Of a stretch of 64,000 bases of DNA, positions 57,010-64,000 are shown one piece after another (within the stretch, counting starts at the first letter, position 1; every line of letters begins with the position of its first letter). The position numbers and the translations under genes are program-made. This DNA comes from Monocercomonoides exilis PA203 (Eukaryota > Protista > Preaxostyla): NCBI GenBank assembly GCA_001643675.2, contig LSRY02000020.1:1054001-1118000 (forward strand), given 5' to 3'. Under the pieces are notes generated by a model. It saw nothing but the letters and a program-made list of their open reading frames with translations. It ran no database searches and was not told the origin of the DNA.

Positions 57010-60000
57010 ATGAAAACGAATAGGATTAATAGAGTTTTATGCGAAAATGGATTTTATGGTGTAATTGTTGTTCTTCACAATGGTGGAGTTATATCGTTAT
57101 GGAATGGAAGAACGCATTCGTTAATTTCAACTCTTACTGTTTATCACGAAGAACTTAAGTCGGTTTGCGAATATAATAAAGAGATTGAACCATTTTCTCA
57201 GTGCATTTTATCTGGCGATCATTGTTCTATTGTGATAGGACATTCATTTTTTCCACGTCTGACAATAATTCCACTTCCAGAATTAATAACCAACAATAAA
57301 GACTTTCCAATTGCTGATAATTCGAAATTGTTTTTGAGAAGCAAAAGCGACATTGAAATGAACAAAAGATCAAAAGCGAGAAATCAAATGACAAATGAAA
57401 TTGTGAAGGCCATACCCATCTTAGTCCATAAAAAAGAACCTCATGGTGATGCCGTTAAACATTTTTCAATTTCAAATGATGACAACCAGCCATTTACAAT
57501 CGAACTTCCTTTATTCAGAAAAGGACTCCAAAAAGAGAAAAAATACCTTCAACGATGTTGTAAACCAGCTTTTGAAGAGTACTTTAAACGTCAAGGAAAA
57601 GAAGTTGAATTTTTTGAGCAACAAATTGTACAAATTGCATTTGTTGAAGACCCGCCATCATTTGGAAGACATCGCGGTGGAACAAGGAAAAGCGAAATCG
57701 TTTGTGCTTTGATGTTTGATGGATCGATCTTGTTCATAGACATATGGCTAAAATTGCTGCTATTTAAATTGGATTGTCCAAATTTCATTGTTAAACGATT
57801 TTCTCTTTGTAAATGTGAAAAGGAGAAGAAAGAAGAGTACATCATGAAGGATAAACGTTCTCTCAATGAATCTGAAGAGAGAAGAACAGAAGGGAGTCAG
57901 GAGATCTTTGGAGATGAACATTTTATTCACAGAACGAGCATGTTATTTTCTGATCAAGATACACATTTAGAAACAGAAAGAGCATTTGATTTAGGAGCAG
58001 ATGATAGCTATCGATTAAATGAGCCGTTCATCGTGTTGGAAGGACGAAATGGGATTCATAAAAGAATGAGAAAGATTGTGGATTTAACACGCTTTTACGA
58101 TGATGCAGAAGAAAAATGGCATATAAAAGAAGAAATGGAAAATCTGGATAATACCGAACAAAATTCTGAACATTTATCTGATTACGAAAATAGAAAGAAG
58201 AACACTTTGGAGTACAAAGACGAAAGCGAAGTTAAGCAACTTAAATGGAAAAATGTTGGAGTTATTTGGTCTGACGCCATTCCTGAACAAAGCGTTTTCT
58301 CAACTGACAAGTTTCCTGATAATAAAAGTTCAACGCCTTCTCCATCTTTTCCTTCTTCTTCCTCTCCTTCATTTCCCTCTTCTGTCCCTCAGCCATGCTC
58401 TTCGTTAAGTTATTCTTCGTCATTCTATACTCATCGTCCTACACTTCCTTCGCCATTTCGTTTTGTTCCTCATCCTGATTTATCAATATTTCCACACCCG
58501 CCTTACTGTTTAAATAGAATATGTATGTTTTTTTAGAAATCACGTGATGATAAAATAATAATCCTTTCATTTTTTGTCTGAAAGAGAACTTTCTATTATT
58601 TGTGCTATATTTGCTTTTTGAATACAATTTCTGTATATTTTGAATAACATCTTTTTCAGTTTTTATGATTTAAGCATTTATTCCTCCCAAATATCTTTAA
58701 TTTTCTTCTTTTTTAATCTTCCATAAAATATGCATATATTATGTTTAAATAATTAGTGACAGATGAATGCTTCTCATGTGATTCGTTGGACAAGAGTAAG
58801 AAAAGCTTCAATTGTATCAGCATGAAAGAAGTAGGAGATCAAACAAAACACGATGAATGCGGCAGTGATTATTTGTTTGTCCATCCAAATGACCTGATGA
58901 GAGATGTTCTATTTGATCAATTGACCAGAAAGGATTGTGAAGAAGACGAAAGATTGAAGGAAATACCACAAATAGATGCAGATGATCATCAAATACCTGC
59001 AAGACCGTATTTTGCTTCTCAAATTGATACTTCTTCTTCCTCTTCCTCTTCCTCTTCCTCTTCTTCAACTTCATTTCCATTCTCCACGTCATCCACTTCA
59101 GATAATTCTTCTCTCTCATCTCCTTTTCCTTTCGTCCACATCCATCTTCATTTCATCCCACCTCCACGCGAATTGTCAAAAGCAGAACAAAAATATCAGT
59201 CATTCATGTTCAATCAGATGAACAAAAGTGACAAAGCAGAAGACAAAAGAGAATCTCAAAAAAGAAAGATCTCTTTGTTTATGCCATCTTCTTCACAGAT
59301 AGATGACTCATTGTCTTCTTCCATTCTTCCCCCTCATTTGTATACATCTGCATATCCTTATATCGAATCTTCACATTACAATCCTTCTGTCAGCTTGCCT
59401 TCAACAATTTCTGAATATTTCAGTGCATTTTCCTTGTCCTTTTCAGCATTTATGTCTTCTCTTCCTTTGTCACAGCTCAAAACCCCTCAAACAATTGATA
59501 ATCCTCAATTTCCTAGCTCATTTCTGTCATTTTCACATTATGTTCCTCCTTTCCCAATAACATCAGAGACACAAATAAGAAAAGGAGAATCTTACTCAAA
59601 GACACACTTCATTTCTCGTGTTCATTTGACTCCGCCGTATTCTTCTTCTTTATCATCATCATCTTCTTCTTCTTCTTCCTCTTCCTCCTCCTCCTCCTCT
59701 TCTTCTTCTTCTTCTTCTTCTTCCATTCCATCATCATCATCGTCATCCACATCATCATCACTTCCGTCATCTTCTCCTCCTCCATTTCATCCCACTTCTC
59801 AGTTTCATTCACCAAAAAATCATTTCATTTCGTCAAACTCACAAAGTCATTCAGATTTCTCTTCAAAAGCAAATTTTGACAATTCAAAAGGAACAAAGAA
59901 TTCATCAGACAAAATATGGAATGTTATTTCAGATACTCCAAATCACAAGAAAGAAAGAAAAGACACGAAAATTCATTGCATAGACATCGAAAATGGAAGA

Positions 60001-60495
60001 GTTGAAGAAAGAAAGAGAGAAACACTCGAAAGAGGTGAAGTTGAAGAAGACGAAGAAGAAAGAAACGATTCATTTGAAAAATGGATGAGAAAATTGTATT
60101 TTCTGAAAGAAAAGCAAAGAAGAGAAAAAGAAAGAAAAGAGAAAGAACAAAAAGAAGACAATGAAAAAAAAGAGAGACAAAAGGAGAATCAAATATCTGA
60201 GTGTTTCAGAGGAAGAAATAAAGAGAGAGAAGAAAAACGAGAATATTTCAATGAAAAGAAAGAAAGAAATGCACAACACACTCAACATGAAAAGGGCAGA
60301 AGAAGAGGCAGATGGGAAAGAGTGGCAGAAAACATCAAATCAATTCGGTCTTCACAAGATGGATGTTTCTATCATCAGACTCAGTTTCCTTCTTGTGAGT
60401 CTGATGAATGTGTGTATCTCAGATTCAACAAAGCTGCTCATTCTGTGTTTGTTTCGCCTTCAGCCCCAAAAAAGTTTGAAGAGGGAAAAGGATAA
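57010..60495 (+). CDS. Hypothetical protein with WD40/beta-propeller-like N-terminal segments, Ser-rich middle and charged coiled coil; intron 58523-58756
   Basis: Two long ORFs (56914-58536, 58756-60495) joined by a phase-1 GTATGT..TAG intron. Blade-like segments VVLHNGGVISLWNGRT and ALMFDGSILFIDI. Start codon uncertain (56914 or 57010). Confidence 0.65.
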
Positions 60496-60947
60496 CCATT
60501 ATCCATATGGGTGTGCTATGATAATCATTTTCAAAAAAGCAGAATTTTTTATTTTTCTTTAAAACTTATTTCATAATTTAACATTTTGGTGAGGTTTTGC
60601 TATCTCTTCTAAAATGATTTTTTTTGTTGAAATAATTTCATTTAAAGATAATTTTTAAACAAAATGAGAGAGATTATGAATAAATTTCAAAAAAAGAAAG
60701 AGGAAAAGATTACATCCTCTCTCATATTTGGAGTTGACGATTTTTGGAACAAACAGATTTTTATCAAAAAACATTGAATTTGCATCAATCAGAATTTATC
60801 AGTATTTATTTTATTGTTCAATTTAAATTTATTCTCAGAAACCATCAAGCTTATTATGATTCAAAAATAATTATTTCTCTCATGATTATAATGGTATATT
60901 TTCCCATTATTAGTTCTGTGTTCTCGAAAAGAACAGATCCAGACTTG

Positions 60948-62933
60948 ATGTTGCGATCAAGCGTAGATTGCAGCCAGGGACAGCTTGGCGAGAGCCAAAG
61001 CTTTTTGCCCCCTGCAGCTGACAACGAATACGCGGAACAAGCAGCTCCCAACGATTTGGTACCTTCGAGCAGGATGGAGCTGTGCCTGAGCAATGACAAG
61101 CGCCATATGCTGTCTCAAGGCGTATACGCGCAGAACATTGTTGAGATGATTCCATCAGAGGAGTTTTTCGACATTGCGGTGCACCAAGGATGCAGCGCAG
61201 AGGAGCGCAATGTGCCTGCTGGAGAACTTCTCGTTTCACGTGCTGCAAGACAGCTCTCGAGCTATCTGCGCTCGTCGCAGCAGGGCATGCAAGCATATAT
61301 TCGGCAGATCATTCAACTGTTCCAACTCGACGAAGAGGTGCTGTTTCTTTCATTGCGAAAACCTTTTTTTCAAAATGTTTCATTTTTTTCTTTTTTTAAT
61401 GGAAATCACTCGTTGCATTGCAGGTATTTTTGACAGCAGTGGTGATTCTGTTCCGCTATGTGAAATCAGCCAGTTTGCCAATTTTTAAATTGAAATTTCA
61501 AAAACATATCTTTTGTGGATTGGTTTGTTTCAGGGGCGTTTTTGAAAGTGAAGCAGGAGTCTGAGCTGTACTATCTGATCCTGCTGAGTGTGGTGATTGC
61601 ATGCAAAGCGCTGCTGGACATCCCAATCAATTCGGGACAGATAGCGCGCTTCTTCCAATGCGATCCATCGAATGTGTTCCGAAACGAGGTGCAGATCATG
61701 AAGAGCCTGGGATGGTCGATCTTTTATGGAAGATGCGATCTGGAGGACGATGAAAAGGCTCTGGCGTTGGAAACAAACGGGATTGTGGGCGGCAGCACAG
61801 GCGAAGAAGCAGAAAGGCTGCTGTTCCATCCACTATCACTGTCTACGATTGTTCCTGTGGATGTGTATCTGTGCCTGACATGTTCGAAGGAGAAGCCGTT
61901 CCTCCAGCTGGGGACGATGGTCAATGGGCAGCTGCGCCAGAAAAGGAAGAGGAAGAACGCAGGTGAGATGGGGATGCTATTGAAGTTTGGGCAGAGTGGT
62001 CTAACAGCGCTGCTGTTTCAAGAGGAAGAGCTGAACAACACACCATTGGGACAGAGTGAGTGGAGAGAAGAGAATGAAGAGGCAAACAGCGAGTCAGAAA
62101 CAAATACAGAAGAGGATGCAAACTCATTGTCTTCAGATGAGTTTGGAGAAAACGTTGAGATGAATGCAATGGAATCGCCAGCCACAAAAGTTGAAGAAGA
62201 AGAAGAAGAAGAAGTCATTGTTGAGGCGAATGAGATAAGTGATGAGAGTGATGAATCAGAAGAAGAGAAACAAGAAAAGAGATTTGAAGAAAATGAGGAG
62301 AAAAGAGTTGAGGTGGAGATTGAAGAAGACGAAGTTGCAGAAACAAAAGCATCAGAAACACAACCTTCTTCTTATCGTTCACACACGTCTTTGAAGAGCT
62401 GGGGAAGGCAGAAGTTGTCATTTGGTCTTCTACTCATGCTGCTTGTTGTGGGAATAGCAGCATTTGTGATGTTGTGCTGTCCAATGATTGATGCTCCACA
62501 CGCTCTGTTCACAAGACATTCAACACAAATCAGTGGAAACACGCAGTTTGAAGAATATCAAGGCAGATTTGATGAAGTGAGACAGGCAGCTGAAGTTCAA
62601 CTTGGCAAAAAGAATGGAGAGCTTATGTTGCTGGCAGTTAACACAGGAAAGGAGGAAAAGAGCGAGAAGAGCAAAGAAAGCAGCGAAGAAGAAGAAAAGA
62701 AGAAAGAGTCGAGCGGGGCATCGTTCAGCATCGAGACAGTGTTCTCGACTGTGATGATTGCTGGATCGAGTCAGTTGGCGTCGGTGCTGATGGTCTGCAC
62801 GAGCTGTGCATCGTCAGCGTTTGGAGTGGAAACGGAATGGTCTTCGACGTTTGTGTCGTCTGTCGCAGTCACAGCGACAGCCACACAGCAAGTCTCATTC
62901 AATTCTGTGGGGATGGTCTTGGTCATGGCATAG
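60948..62933 (+). CDS. Pho80/PCL-type cyclin-box protein with an acidic linker and a predicted transmembrane segment; introns 61338-61423 and 61473-61533
   Basis: Spliced product AYIRQIIQLFQLDEE|VFLTAVVILFRYVKSA|RAFL..LILLSVVIACKALLDIPIN..RNEVQIMKSLGWSI matches the cyclin-box helices with conserved Lys and Glu. Intron phases are consistent. Hydrophobic stretch FGLLLMLLVVGIAAFVMLCC. Start codon uncertain. Confidence 0.75.
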
Positions 62934-64000
62934 ATATGCTTTGTGTGTTCTCCTTTGCCACAGTCGTTTGCATATTTTATTTTTACTATTTTTTAAGTTT
63001 GTGCTGCGGCTGAAGAGGAGAAAAGAGGAGAAAAGAAGGGAAGTTGGAAGTGAAAATGATGAAAGATGTTGACGAATGTAAATATCACTTTTTGATTGTT
63101 TTTCCTGTCGAGGTTATTATTGCGTAACATTTTTTTCGTACCTTTTTCTTTTTTTACACTCTTTTTGTATTATTTGCTTTTATTTGTCTTTTATTACCAT
63201 TTCCACTTTTTTTTTAAACATCTTTTTTGGATTCTCATTTCTTCAATGATGAGTTAGAATCAAAGAATCACACTCATTGAGTTTTCCCCTTCCTTTTCTT
63301 TTGCTTTGAAAAATGCGTATTTCTTTTTTAATTGTGCTGTTTCTGCCTTTTGGTGAGCTCAAATCATTTTATTTTTGAGAATTTCTTCTTTTGCTGCAAC
63401 AATCAGTTTTGGAGGGTAATGTTCACGAGAGCAAAAAGAAAAAATAAAGAGCACAGAAACGAGCAAAACATTAACCAAAAAACACAAAACTCAAATCACA
63501 ATAACAACGAAATTTTTAACATCAAACAAAAAACAAATTTCTGGTTGATTGGCAAGAGCTTTTGCCTCGAATTTGACATGCAACTGAACAAAAACATGCT
63601 TAGAGCTTAAAATTATATCTTTCATCAAACATTTGCATCGGCATTCTGCTCCTTGAATTTTTTCTTTAATTGTTGTTTTTCCGCTTGTTCTCGAGCCAAA
63701 AACAGGTTTTTCATTGACGCAGCTGAAAACAATATTTGGCGCAACAGACGCGCAAGATTACTCACAATAAGCAGAGATATCCTCAGAGATTTTCACAAAA
63801 CATCTTTTCATCGGTCGCTGTACCCAGAGTCCAAAGGTTGTTTATTGCAAATCAATCAGCAAAAGCATGTCCGCACAATGCCAACGCGTCCAGGAGTCGT
63901 TTGGACGACGGAGAAGCGGCTGGAGTGAGAAGCAGCGATGGATGCAGAGCTTCAAACGAAATTCAAACTATGGAAAAAAGTTTGACTTGATGCTTTTTAT

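Noticed and set aside
1-64000. Alternative genetic code (TAA/TAG = Gln, as in some oxymonads) to explain the broken ORFs
   Set aside because: The 3903-aa ORF has no in-frame TAA or TAG, genes end at TAA or TAG, and the broken regions also contain TGA stops and frameshifts.
1-64000. CRISPR arrays, rRNA or tRNA genes, telomeric repeats
   Set aside because: No regularly spaced repeats or recognisable structural RNA seen by eye. A covariance-model scan was not possible.
63332-64000. Short ORFs at the right edge of the window
   Set aside because: No recognisable motifs, and the context is truncated.

Overview
AT-rich eukaryotic (protist) genomic DNA with short GT-AG introns, the standard genetic code and abundant poly-Ser/poly-Glu tracts. 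The style suggests an oxymonad such as Monocercomonoides (inference, not verified). Host genes: a 4-exon TCF25/Rqc1 homologue (9309-13514), a multi-pass membrane protein gene (~13962-14880, minus), a single-exon 3903-aa type I surface protein (41242-52953), a WD40-like hypothetical protein (~57010-60495) and a Pho80/PCL-type cyclin with a predicted transmembrane segment (~60948-62933). Much of the rest is a layered transposon graveyard: a Sola2-like transposase relic, a DIRS1-like retroelement with inverted termini, two hAT transposases, Merlin and pogo relics, and several MITE or foldback families. Main observation: a 9,465-bp hAT element (15220-24684) with 14-bp TIRs and a perfect 8-bp TSD (ATTGACAT). 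It carries a nearly intact intron-containing transposase plus ~5.8 kb of convergent, degenerate host-gene fragments, i.e. an autonomous-type cargo-carrying hAT. The same terminal motif also appears next to an unrelated Sola-like transposase. All alignments and family calls were made by eye, without database searches.
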